A stretch of DNA of 64,000 nucleotides, taken from Rhodospirillaceae bacterium (GTDB lineage Bacteria > Pseudomonadota > Alphaproteobacteria > Rhodospirillales > Rhodospirillaceae). The stretch's first letter is position 1; each line of letters begins with the position of its first letter. The translations under genes and the position numbers were made by a program. This document shows, piece by piece, positions 32,350 through 40,893 of the stretch. The notes beneath the pieces are model-generated. The model made no database searches, was not told the DNA's origin, and saw only the letters and a program-made list of their open reading frames with translations. The stretch is from contig JAYSFT010000003.1 in the NCBI GenBank assembly GCA_041913245.1, positions 2,181-66,180 on the forward strand, read 5' to 3'.

Positions 32350-34278
32350 TCACACGGGCTTCAAGATCAAGGCCCCCAAGGGGGGCAGGGTCAGCGCAAG
32401 GACGCCGTCGGCGCCGGTGTGGACATCGCCGCCGTTTCCAACGTTTGTGCCTCCATAATAAGTGGAGTCCGAATTGAATATCTCGCGGTAGCGTCCCGGG
32501 CGCGGTGGGCGGATCCGGTAGCCTTCGCGCACGACCGGCGTGAAGTTGCACAGCACGATCAGGCGATCACCCCCCTCGGCGCCGCGGCGGCTGAAGGAGA
32601 TGACGCTGTTGCCGGTATCATGCGGATCGATCCACGCGAAGCCTTCCGCCTCGCAGTCCCGCGCGTGCAGGGCGGGCTCGTTCACATAGATACGGTTCAG
32701 ATCCCGCACCAGCGCCTGCACGCCTTTATGCTCCGCATACTGAAGAAGGCGCCAATCGAGGCTCCGCTCGTGGTTCCACTCGTTCCACTGGGCGATCTCG
32801 GCGCCCATGAACAGAAGCTTCTTGCCCGGATGGGTGAAGAAGAACGCGAGATAGCAGCGCAGGTTCGCAAACTTCTGCCGGGCGTCGCCCGGCATCTTGT
32901 TGAGCATCGAGCCTTTGCCGTACACCACCTCGTCGTGCGAGAGCGGAAGGACGAAATTCTCGTGGAACGCATAAGTCAGGCCGAACGTGAGTTCGTCGTG
33001 ATGGTGCTTGCGGTGCACGGGATCGCGCGCGATGTACCGCAGCGTGTCGTTCATCCACCCCATGTTCCATTTGAAACCGAAGCCGAGGCCGCCGAGGTAC
33101 GCCGGCTTTGAGACCATCGGCCAGGACGTGGATTCCTCGGCGACCGTGAAGGCGCCCGGCACGCGGTCGTGGATGACCTCGTTCAAACGGCGCAGGAAAT
33201 CCACCGCCTCCAGGTTCTCGCGCCCGCCATGACTGTTCGGGATCCACTCGCCGTCCTTCCTGGCGTAGTCGAGATAGAGGATGGAGGCCACGGCGTCGGC
33301 GCGCAGAGCGTCGATGTGATAGTCTTCGAGCCACGCCAGCGCATTGCAGACGAGCAGGTTCGCCACTTCCGTGCGCCCGTAGTTATAGATGAGCGTATTC
33401 CACTCGGCCTGGCGGCCCTGGCGCGGATCCGCATGTTCATAGAGGTTCGTCCCGTCGAAACGGCCCAGGCCGTGACCGTCCTCGGGGAAGTGACCGACCA
33501 CCCAATCGAGAATGACGCCGATGCCGGCCGCGTGGGCCCGGTCGATCAGGAACCGCAGATCGTCCGGCGCGCCATAGCGGCGCGAGGGCGCGAACAGTCC
33601 CAAAGGCTGATATCCCCACGATCCATAGAAAGGATGTTCCGCCAGCGGCATCACTTCGATGTGGGTGAAGCCCATGTCCTGCACATAAGGAATCAGCCGT
33701 TCGGCCAGCGCGCGGTAAGTCAGGAATTCGTTGGTCTCCGTCCGCATCCAGGAACCGAGATGCACCTCGTAGATGGACATCGGACGCCGGCGCATATCGC
33801 CGCCGCGATTTTCCATCCAGGCGGCGTCGGTCCACGGAAATGAGGACCGCGCCGTCACCACCGAGGCCGAGCCCGGCGGCATCTCCTGCATTTGCGCGAA
33901 GGGGTCCGACTTGAGCGGCAGGATCTCGCCGCGGTCGGATACGATGCGGAACTTGTAGAGGGCGCCGGGCCGGACACCCTCGACGAAGGCCTCCCAGATT
34001 CCGGACCCGGTGGGCTGAAGGACGGTGCGGTGCGCGTCCCAGTCATTGAAGTCGCCGGCCACGCCGACGGCCCGGGCGCCCGGCGCCCAGACGGAAAACC
34101 GCACCCCGGCCCGTCCCTGTTCCTGGCCCTCATGAGCGCCCAGCTTGCGGTGCAGGTCGAAGTGAAGGCCGCGCGTGAGCAAATGATGATCGAACGCAGA
34201 CAGGGCCGCCGTTTCCTGTGAAATTCCCGTCGCCATCCCCATCAGGCCCGCCTCGTGTGCCGCTATGCCGTGACACAT
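32350..34278 (-). CDS. glgB: 1,4-alpha-glucan branching enzyme (short N-terminus form)
   Basis: VRFSVWAPGARAVGVAGDFNDWD, SWGYQPLGLFAP, VILDWVVGHFP, IDALRADAVASILYLDY, TVAEESTSWP and FVLPLSHDEVVYGKGS are GH13 branching-enzyme motifs. Confidence 0.95.
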   Translation of the reverse strand: MCHGIAAHEAGLMGMATGISQETAALSAFDHHLLTRGLHFDLHRKLGAHEGQEQGRAGVRFSVWAPGARAVGVAGDFNDWDAHRTVLQPTGSGIWEAFVEGVRPGALYKFRIVSDRGEILPLKSDPFAQMQEMPPGSASVVTARSSFPWTDAAWMENRGGDMRRRPMSIYEVHLGSWMRTETNEFLTYRALAERLIPYVQDMGFTHIEVMPLAEHPFYGSWGYQPLGLFAPSRRYGAPDDLRFLIDRAHAAGIGVILDWVVGHFPEDGHGLGRFDGTNLYEHADPRQGRQAEWNTLIYNYGRTEVANLLVCNALAWLEDYHIDALRADAVASILYLDYARKDGEWIPNSHGGRENLEAVDFLRRLNEVIHDRVPGAFTVAEESTSWPMVSKPAYLGGLGFGFKWNMGWMNDTLRYIARDPVHRKHHHDELTFGLTYAFHENFVLPLSHDEVVYGKGSMLNKMPGDARQKFANLRCYLAFFFTHPGKKLLFMGAEIAQWNEWNHERSLDWRLLQYAEHKGVQALVRDLNRIYVNEPALHARDCEAEGFAWIDPHDTGNSVISFSRRGAEGGDRLIVLCNFTPVVREGYRIRPPRPGRYREIFNSDSTYYGGTNVGNGGDVHTGADGVLALTLPPLGALILKPV

Positions 34279-34390
34279 GAACTGTCCGGCGGGTGCTTTG
34301 TTCCGCTAAATCTATTGGCGCGTGCAGGCGGCCCTCGATAACGGCTAAGCTGCACGCAACGATTGACGATCACATGCGAGGAACAGCGCC

Positions 34391-34840
34391 ATGAAGTCCC
34401 TGTGGTTCAAGCCCTATCGCCTGACGGATTGGAACGCGCATTATCCCGATACCCTGGTCGCGCATCTGGATATCAAGCTGATCGAGATCGGCCCCGACTT
34501 CCTGCGCGGCACCATGCCGGTCGACCGGCGGACCCATCAGCCGCAAGGGCTCCTGCACGGCGGCGCGTCGGTGGCCCTGGCGGAAACGCTCGGCAGTATC
34601 GCGGCGAATATGGTGGTCGATCAAACCGCCTTCGTCTGCGTCGGTCAGGAAATCAACGCCAACCATATCCGCGGCGTGAAGACCGGTCTCGTGACCGGCA
34701 CGGCGCGGCCCTTCTATATCGGCCGCACCAGCCAGGTCTGGGGGATCGAGATCGTGAATGCCGACGGCCAGCTCGCGTGCGTCTCGCGCATCACCATGGC
34801 GGTGAGGCCGCTGGCGCCTTCATCGCCTGATTCTCGATAA
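34391..34840 (+). CDS. PaaI/YbdB-type hotdog-fold thioesterase
   Basis: GTMPVDRRTHQPQGLLHGGASVALAETLGSIAA...HIRGVKTGLVTGTARPFYIGRTSQVWGIEI is the PaaI/EntH family core. Confidence 0.85.
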   Translation: MKSLWFKPYRLTDWNAHYPDTLVAHLDIKLIEIGPDFLRGTMPVDRRTHQPQGLLHGGASVALAETLGSIAANMVVDQTAFVCVGQEINANHIRGVKTGLVTGTARPFYIGRTSQVWGIEIVNADGQLACVSRITMAVRPLAPSSPDSR

Positions 34841-34956
34841 ATTTGTGGTTTTACATCCCGATAGCTGAACATCGAGGGGTGCGCCCTTCGTGACTTGATC
34901 CCGCCGACCGCACCTATCGATTGCCCGCCCCCGCCCGGTAATGATAAGGGAACGGC

Positions 34957-35514
34957 ATGGAGCATTTCACAGACACCGCGCACCTCGACCGCCGGCGTTT
35001 TTTCCTGACCGGCGCGGCCGCGACCGGGTGCCTGGCGGCGCGGCCGAGCTTCGCCGTCGCGGCGCCGGAACGCCCGCGCGCCTTGAGCTTCCAGAACCTG
35101 CATACGGGCGAACGCGTTTCGACGGACTATTGGGCCGATGGCCAGTATATCCCGGGCAGCCTGGACGAAATCTCGCGCGTTCTTCGCGACCACCGCAACG
35201 GCGCGAAACATGCGATCGATCCCAAGTTGTTGGACCTGCTTCACACGGTGCAGGCCAGACTTGAAACGTCGCAGCCGTTTCATGTGATCTCGGGCTACCG
35301 TTCGCCCGAAAGCAATATGAAGCTCGCCGCCGCCAGCTCGGGCGTCGCGACACACAGCATGCACATGGACGGAAAGGCGATCGATATCCGGATTCCGGGG
35401 ATCGCGCTCGTGAACTTGCACAAGGCCGCGAAGTCGCTGAAAGGCGGCGGCGTCGGCTATTATGCCGCGTCCAATTTCGTGCACATGGACGTCGGCCGGG
35501 TTCGCTACTGGTAA
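34957..35514 (+). CDS. DUF882/YcbK-type peptidase M15A family protein (Tat signal)
   Basis: Tat motif RRRFFLTGAAA. Contains FHVISGYRSPESN, SMHMDGKAIDIRIPG and GGVGYYAASNFVHMDVGRVRYW, the YcbK/MepK-like family pattern. Confidence 0.85.
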   Translation: MEHFTDTAHLDRRRFFLTGAAATGCLAARPSFAVAAPERPRALSFQNLHTGERVSTDYWADGQYIPGSLDEISRVLRDHRNGAKHAIDPKLLDLLHTVQARLETSQPFHVISGYRSPESNMKLAAASSGVATHSMHMDGKAIDIRIPGIALVNLHKAAKSLKGGGVGYYAASNFVHMDVGRVRYW

Positions 35515-35517
35515 TCC

Positions 35518-37911
35518 TTAGTCCGCCGGCGGCGCCACCGCGCAGGCCGTCGTCATGTCGCTGACCGCGCCCGTGCGCACGCTGACGAGCAGATACTGCA
35601 TCAAACCGTCGAATCCGTCCTTCAGGCGAACGTTATAGGCGCCGATCCCGCTGTGCGCGGGAAGCTCCAACCCCCTCTCAATATCCACGACCGAGAGCGC
35701 GATGTTGCCGCCCGCCGGCACCTCGCTTGTCGTAAAATCGCCAAGCGCGCGGCCGTCGAGCGCGTCAAACACGGCAAGCTCCGCGACAGCGGCCGCGGTG
35801 CCGGCATTGTAGAGCACCAGAAGGGCAACGTTCTCTTCCTCGATCGCCGAGGCCCGCACGGCGATGGCGTCCCGCGCGCTTGCGGTGGTTCCAGCCCCGC
35901 AGGCCGACAGATTGGTCGATGCGCCGCGCCCGTTATGGCGCAGGACGTGCTGAACGAAGCCCGGGAAATCGCTTTGAACCATTAGGCGCAAAAACGGCGA
36001 GGCCTCATCCACGGCCGGCAACATATCGGCGACGGAAAACGCGCGCGAACTGTTCGGAGCGATGCTCACGCTGTCCCAACGCCCCATACGCGAACCGCTC
36101 GCGGCGTCGAAGATATCCACATGAATGGGAGCCGTCCGCGGGCTGGGATTATAGACCCGCAAGATCGATTCAAATTCGGCCGACGCCGGAAAAATCATGC
36201 CCATTTCGCTTGAGGACTGCCCGGCGCCCGCCGCGCCGTCCAAGGCACAGACCGTCGTCATATCCGTCATCAGTCCGGCGCCCTGGTTCGCGATCACTTG
36301 CTGCAATGCGCCGGAAAAATCGTTCTCGATTTTCAGGACCCAATGACCTGTGTCCCACGCGGGCGTCACCCGCGCCGCGCTTTCGAGCTGTCGAACCGGC
36401 AGCAGGAGTTCGCCGTCCACGGGCACCTCGGCCGTCGTGAACGCGCCGACGCGGCGGCCGTCGCGCGCATCGTAAATGCCGATTTGCGCTGCGGCCGCCG
36501 TCGCGCCCTGGTTCTGGACGACGATCGACGCCGGGTAGCCGTCATTCAAATTCGAGGTATGGACGCCGGCAATCTGGCGGCCCGCGCGGGCCACACCCGC
36601 TGAACATGTGCTGAGGTTGGTGAGGACGCCGTAGGCGGGGCGGTGCAGGACGTGCTGGAATGTGCCGGTCATCGCGCTCGATATCACGGCCGAATAAGTC
36701 GCGGGCCGGTTGCCCACCTGCAATGCGGCTTCCACCTCGCGGATTGAATATTGAGGGGCCGCATTGGGGGCAATGGAGGGGCTTCCCCACGCGCCTAGAA
36801 ACCGGCCGTCGCGGCTGTCGTAGAGCGCAATACTGATAGTTCCGGAGTCGCTGCCGGTGTTGTGAATCCGGAAATACGAAATGGCGTTCGGATCGACGCC
36901 TGAAAAAATCGCGCCTTCGCGGAGCAAAGGCGTGAAACTCCGGTTCATCCGCGCCGGACCCTTGGTGATTTCGCCGACGTTCTCAAACGTATTGCCGGTC
37001 AAGGTCGCGGTGATCGCGGTGAAGTTATTGACCGCGATGGAGTTCGACGCACGGTTGACGAACGAACTGCCGGTGATGGTCAGGCTGCTGACGTCGTGCA
37101 GGGACTTTTCCGCGCCAAAGGCGATCATGCTGTTGTTGCTGGTGCGCGACCCCTGGGTCACGCGCACACCCGTCAGAACGGCCTCGCCGCCGTTGGGCAA
37201 ATCGACGGCGTAACTCGGGGTCCCGGTGACGCCGTCATCGAGCACGGTATTCGTGATCGTCGTCTTCAGGGCGCGGCTTTTGATATCGTGCCCGACCTTC
37301 GTGCCCGCAAAGACACTGTCGCTGACAACCAGATGCGCGATGGCGTTGATATAGATGCCGTGCGTATAGCCGTCTCCCGCGCCGTTTCCTGAAAAGATCG
37401 ACCGGCGGATCGTCACGAAGGCGTCTTTATTGCCGTTGGCGAGGATGCCGTTCTGATTGTTGTTGAAGGCGCAGGTGTCGACCGTGAGACGCCCCGCCTG
37501 GTGGCGAATCCCGGCGCCGTTCCTACCGTCGGAATCCGTGACGTTGGCGCCTTCGAAGGTAATCTTGCGGACGGTGAGGTCGGCATTCACCACCAGAAGG
37601 CCTTTTCGGTTGGAGATCGGCTTGGTGGCGCGCAGGACCGCGCCGCGCCCCGCCCCTTCGATGGTCAGAGGCTTATCGATGGTGGCGACGTCATCGAGAT
37701 ACACGCCGGCATCGAGCACGATGCGATCGTTCGGCTTCGCGGCGGCGATGCCCGCCTGCAAAGTCTTTAAAGCCCGTCCAGGCCCCACATTGATTTCGGC
37801 CGCGCGCGCCGGAAGAGCCGCGTACGCAAGAAGTGCGATCACCGAAACGGGAAGCCGTCGCGCCCGCGAACAATCGCGGCTTGCTTCCTTCGACAACAAC
37901 TTGCGTAACAT
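35518..37911 (-). CDS. Secreted protein: N-terminal right-handed beta-helix domain plus two copies of an uncharacterised A-B two-domain module
   Basis: Start at ATG 37911 (MLRKLL...ALLAYAALPARAAEINV). Beta-helix-like repeats follow (GAGIRHQAGRLTVDTCAFNNNQNGIL; THGIYINAIAHLVVSDSVFAG...). Four C-terminal domains of about 100 aa follow. They end ...FQHVL..LTNLSTC, ...MTDMTTVCAL, ...FVQHVL..STNLSACG and ...VSDMTTACAV. Confidence 0.75.
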   Translation of the reverse strand: MLRKLLSKEASRDCSRARRLPVSVIALLAYAALPARAAEINVGPGRALKTLQAGIAAAKPNDRIVLDAGVYLDDVATIDKPLTIEGAGRGAVLRATKPISNRKGLLVVNADLTVRKITFEGANVTDSDGRNGAGIRHQAGRLTVDTCAFNNNQNGILANGNKDAFVTIRRSIFSGNGAGDGYTHGIYINAIAHLVVSDSVFAGTKVGHDIKSRALKTTITNTVLDDGVTGTPSYAVDLPNGGEAVLTGVRVTQGSRTSNNSMIAFGAEKSLHDVSSLTITGSSFVNRASNSIAVNNFTAITATLTGNTFENVGEITKGPARMNRSFTPLLREGAIFSGVDPNAISYFRIHNTGSDSGTISIALYDSRDGRFLGAWGSPSIAPNAAPQYSIREVEAALQVGNRPATYSAVISSAMTGTFQHVLHRPAYGVLTNLSTCSAGVARAGRQIAGVHTSNLNDGYPASIVVQNQGATAAAAQIGIYDARDGRRVGAFTTAEVPVDGELLLPVRQLESAARVTPAWDTGHWVLKIENDFSGALQQVIANQGAGLMTDMTTVCALDGAAGAGQSSSEMGMIFPASAEFESILRVYNPSPRTAPIHVDIFDAASGSRMGRWDSVSIAPNSSRAFSVADMLPAVDEASPFLRLMVQSDFPGFVQHVLRHNGRGASTNLSACGAGTTASARDAIAVRASAIEEENVALLVLYNAGTAAAVAELAVFDALDGRALGDFTTSEVPAGGNIALSVVDIERGLELPAHSGIGAYNVRLKDGFDGLMQYLLVSVRTGAVSDMTTACAVAPPAD

Positions 37912-37938
37912 AACTTTACACCCATCCCTTGCAGCTTT

Positions 37939-37965
37939 GTGGCGACATTCGGGTAACGTCGCCAC
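37939..37965. promoter_or_regulatory. Inverted repeat GTGGCGAC-N11-GTCGCCAC upstream of the beta-helix protein gene
   Basis: Perfect 8-bp arms at 37939-37946 and 37958-37965, lying 28-54 nt upstream of ATG 37911. The arms contain the TGTCGCCAC string also seen in repeat cluster 2 at 21464-21472. Confidence 0.4.
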
Positions 37966-38050
37966 CGAGGGAAGGTTGCGTCGATAAACAGCCGGCACGA
38001 AGCGATTGCGCGGCCGTGTCGATGCGGCGGAAAAACGCGCGTTAAAATTT

Positions 38051-39268
38051 TTACACGACCGGCCTGATGAGACCCCTGGGCCGGTAGCCGAGCGACGGGA
38101 AGACCGCCTTAAGATTGTCCTCGCCGCGGCGTTGGACGAGAATCTCCTGCAGGACCTGCCGCACGTCCGTGGTGACGCGCAGGTCCCCTTCCCTGAGATC
38201 GGCGGGCCGCAAGCCCGGCCATTCGCCGTAAATGCGCCCACCGTTCACGCCGCCGCCGAGCACGAACATGAACGAGCCGGCGCCATGATCGCTGCCGCCC
38301 GCCGTGTTCTCGTCGAGACGCCGCCCGAACTCCGTCATGGTGACGACCGTCAGGCGGTGCTGAACGGCGGCGAGATCGGTCCAGAAGGCGGCAAGACTTT
38401 GTGAAAGGTGCGCTGCGGCCGGCGGGAAATAGCTGTTCATATTGTAGTGGTGGTCCCAGCCGCCGAAGTCGACGGTCGCCACCTCGAGGCCGACATTCAT
38501 TTTGACGATATCCGCGACCGAACGTAAGGACGCCGCGAAACCGCCGGCCGGGTACGTCACGCCGCCGGCCGGCAACCGCCCGAGACTTCCTTGCACGCTG
38601 CGGACCATGTCCACGGTGGCGCGCGCCGAGGCGGCTTGCGGAGTATCACCCGCATTCAATATCTCGATCACATTGAGATTGTAGTCGCCGCCCGGAACAT
38701 TGAAGTCGCGCACATCGGGGATGGCGGCGACCCCGCGCCTCCCCTGGAGCGGCGCATGAATGTCCGGCGCGCTGGAAACGGCGCCCAGATCCGCGAGCGT
38801 CAGATCGCGCGCCGCCAGATGGCGGGCAAGCCAGCCGCCGAGAATGGGCGCGTCGCCCTCGGTGACGCCCCGCTCCATCATGTTCTGGCTTTCAAAGTGA
38901 CTGCGCGTGTCGGTCGGCAGGCCCGCCGCGTGAACCACCGCAAGGCGTCCGGCGTCGAACAAGCCCTTCAACTCCGGCGCGCTCGGGTGCAGGTAGAACG
39001 GCACATCGTCCAACGGACCGAGCGGAAGGCCGGCATTCTGGCCCTGCGCGGTCACCTTGATCGTCGGACGGCGGGCTTGATAGTCGGGGTCCTGGGCAGG
39101 CGCGACCATGGTCAATCCGTCGCAGCCGAAACGCAGGAAGACCACGACGAGGATATCGCGCGATGTCGATGTCTCTGCCGAGAATGCCGCGCGGACACCG
39201 GGCGCAAAGGCCGACAGGGCGGCGCCGGTGGAAGCCGATTTCAACAGTGTGCGGCGGGAGAGGGTCAT
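38051..39268 (-). CDS. DUF1501 domain protein (Tat-exported, sulfatase-like fold family)
   Basis: Tat signal MTLSRRTLLKSASTGAALSAF. Contains TRSHFESQNMMERG, FGGWDHH and MTEFGRRLDENTAGGSDHGAGSFMFVLGGGVNGGRIYGEWPGL, the DUF1501 hallmarks. Confidence 0.9.
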   Translation of the reverse strand: MTLSRRTLLKSASTGAALSAFAPGVRAAFSAETSTSRDILVVVFLRFGCDGLTMVAPAQDPDYQARRPTIKVTAQGQNAGLPLGPLDDVPFYLHPSAPELKGLFDAGRLAVVHAAGLPTDTRSHFESQNMMERGVTEGDAPILGGWLARHLAARDLTLADLGAVSSAPDIHAPLQGRRGVAAIPDVRDFNVPGGDYNLNVIEILNAGDTPQAASARATVDMVRSVQGSLGRLPAGGVTYPAGGFAASLRSVADIVKMNVGLEVATVDFGGWDHHYNMNSYFPPAAAHLSQSLAAFWTDLAAVQHRLTVVTMTEFGRRLDENTAGGSDHGAGSFMFVLGGGVNGGRIYGEWPGLRPADLREGDLRVTTDVRQVLQEILVQRRGEDNLKAVFPSLGYRPRGLIRPVV

Positions 39269-39274
39269 ATGGGC

Positions 39275-40885
39275 CTACCGCATCGCGAATTCAGGAGACG
39301 TGGCGATGAGAAGCGCCAGACGCCGCAGCGCATTCTCGATATTCGTGATCCCGCCCGAGGCATAGGCGGCCATGACGCCCGGCGAGGTCATGACATCCTT
39401 GAGCAATGCATCCATGGATGCCTGCGGCAGGGTGTAGCCCACCATCCTGCCGACCCAGTATTCCACAATGTGAATGGCCGAGTCGGCGACCGCCGCCGGT
39501 GTCTGCTCCCAGAAGCTGGTGCGGAAAGAAGGATGCACCAGCACGTCGAACATCACGTTCCAGAAGTGGTGGTTGCCGGCGCTGGAGAGCCAATGCGCGT
39601 CCGTATCGGGCCGTCCGTCCGGCGTCGGCCAGGCATAGAGTCCGTCACCCAAGCCAAAGAGCGCCATGTAGGCCTCATCGTAGGCATTGATGATGGTGTC
39701 TGTGGTACGGAACAGCGCCATCAGGCGCTCATAGGGCCGGCGCAGCTTCGCGGGCGGATTGCCCATCTCCGGGCTGAGGAGGATGACCTCCATCACGCGC
39801 CCGATCTGGTCGGGCGCGTCGATATTCGCCGTCCAAGCGGCCATGGCGCGGTCGAGCACATTCTGCGGCGGAGAGTCGCCGAAAATGCGCCGGCAAATCT
39901 TGCCAACGACAAAACGCGCTGTCGCGGGATGCGCCGCCAGAAGGTCCAAAATCCGCTGCCCTTGCGCCATGGGGCCCTGAAAGGCCGTGCCGGACAGATC
40001 GTTGCCCATGAACACGCCCACATCGTTGTTATGCTGCACGGGATTGAAGACAAACCGTCCGGTGAACGGCAGCGGGCCGCGCTCGCCCTCCTGGCCGTGT
40101 TCCAACGTCCAGCCCGAGAACGCGCGTGACGCCGCGACGATGTCCTGGTCGGTGAAATGCGAGTTCACCCTGAAGGGACCCGCCGAAACCTGCGGCAACG
40201 CGGCATCGGCGGAAACACCGCGGTAGGCCTCCGCGCCCAGCGTGTGAAGCTCAAGCAGCTCGCGCACGTAATTTTCCGTCGGCCGGCCCGCCTTGCTTTC
40301 GGCGTTATTCAAATAGCGCAGCATCGACGCGCTGCTCGCCACCGTCTCGAGGAAGGCGCGGAAGTTGCCGAACACGTTGGGCCGGATCACTTCGTTCTCA
40401 TAGACGATCAGCGCGGCGGCGCCGTAGACATCCTCGTTGCGGCCCACGTTGAAATGATTGGCCCAGAAATCGGCCATGAATTCGCGCAGCTGAAACCTGG
40501 AATGAACATTGCGGATCCAGGCCGCCGCGTTCAGTTCCTGTTGAATACGGTGCCGCTCGTTCGGAGCGATGGAGATTTCGGTCTTGCCGACCATGTCCCA
40601 GATCGCCGGAATGTCCGTGTACAGATAACGCAGAGGACGGCGCTCATCGACCGCGGGCCATCCCGGGCTTTTACCGGCGGGCAATTGGACCGCGTAGGCA
40701 ATGCGCATCGTACGCGCCCTAAGGTGTTCCTCGATACGCGGCTCATCACCCGGCGGCGGTTGGAGCTGCGTTGCCACCCAGGCGGGCCATCCCGTCTGCT
40801 GAACGGCGGCCACCTCGGCATCGCGGGCGCCGAAGGTCACCCGGCTGAGCGCTCTGTGTTCGAAGCTTCCTGTGGACGGCAGCAT
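39275..40885 (-). CDS. DUF1800 domain protein
   Basis: FWANHFNV, LLELHTLGAEAYRG and the usual pairing with DUF1501. Start taken at ATG 40885 (AGGAAG Shine-Dalgarno, 8 nt after the porin stop). The track start 40921 would overlap the porin gene. Confidence 0.85.
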   Translation of the reverse strand: MLPSTGSFEHRALSRVTFGARDAEVAAVQQTGWPAWVATQLQPPPGDEPRIEEHLRARTMRIAYAVQLPAGKSPGWPAVDERRPLRYLYTDIPAIWDMVGKTEISIAPNERHRIQQELNAAAWIRNVHSRFQLREFMADFWANHFNVGRNEDVYGAAALIVYENEVIRPNVFGNFRAFLETVASSASMLRYLNNAESKAGRPTENYVRELLELHTLGAEAYRGVSADAALPQVSAGPFRVNSHFTDQDIVAASRAFSGWTLEHGQEGERGPLPFTGRFVFNPVQHNNDVGVFMGNDLSGTAFQGPMAQGQRILDLLAAHPATARFVVGKICRRIFGDSPPQNVLDRAMAAWTANIDAPDQIGRVMEVILLSPEMGNPPAKLRRPYERLMALFRTTDTIINAYDEAYMALFGLGDGLYAWPTPDGRPDTDAHWLSSAGNHHFWNVMFDVLVHPSFRTSFWEQTPAAVADSAIHIVEYWVGRMVGYTLPQASMDALLKDVMTSPGVMAAYASGGITNIENALRRLALLIATSPEFAMR

Positions 40886-40893
40886 GATGCTTC

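Noticed and set aside
30452-32458. 668-aa plus-strand ORF
   Set aside because: Antisense to glgX, whose GH13 motifs are unambiguous.
38591-40129. 512-aa plus-strand ORF, plus similar ORFs at 40927-42051, 56152-57516, 57640-58848 and 58881-60737
   Set aside because: These are antisense to DUF1501/DUF1800, the porin, DUF1592, the hypothetical protein and the TonB receptor respectively. Their composition is Arg-rich and low-complexity.
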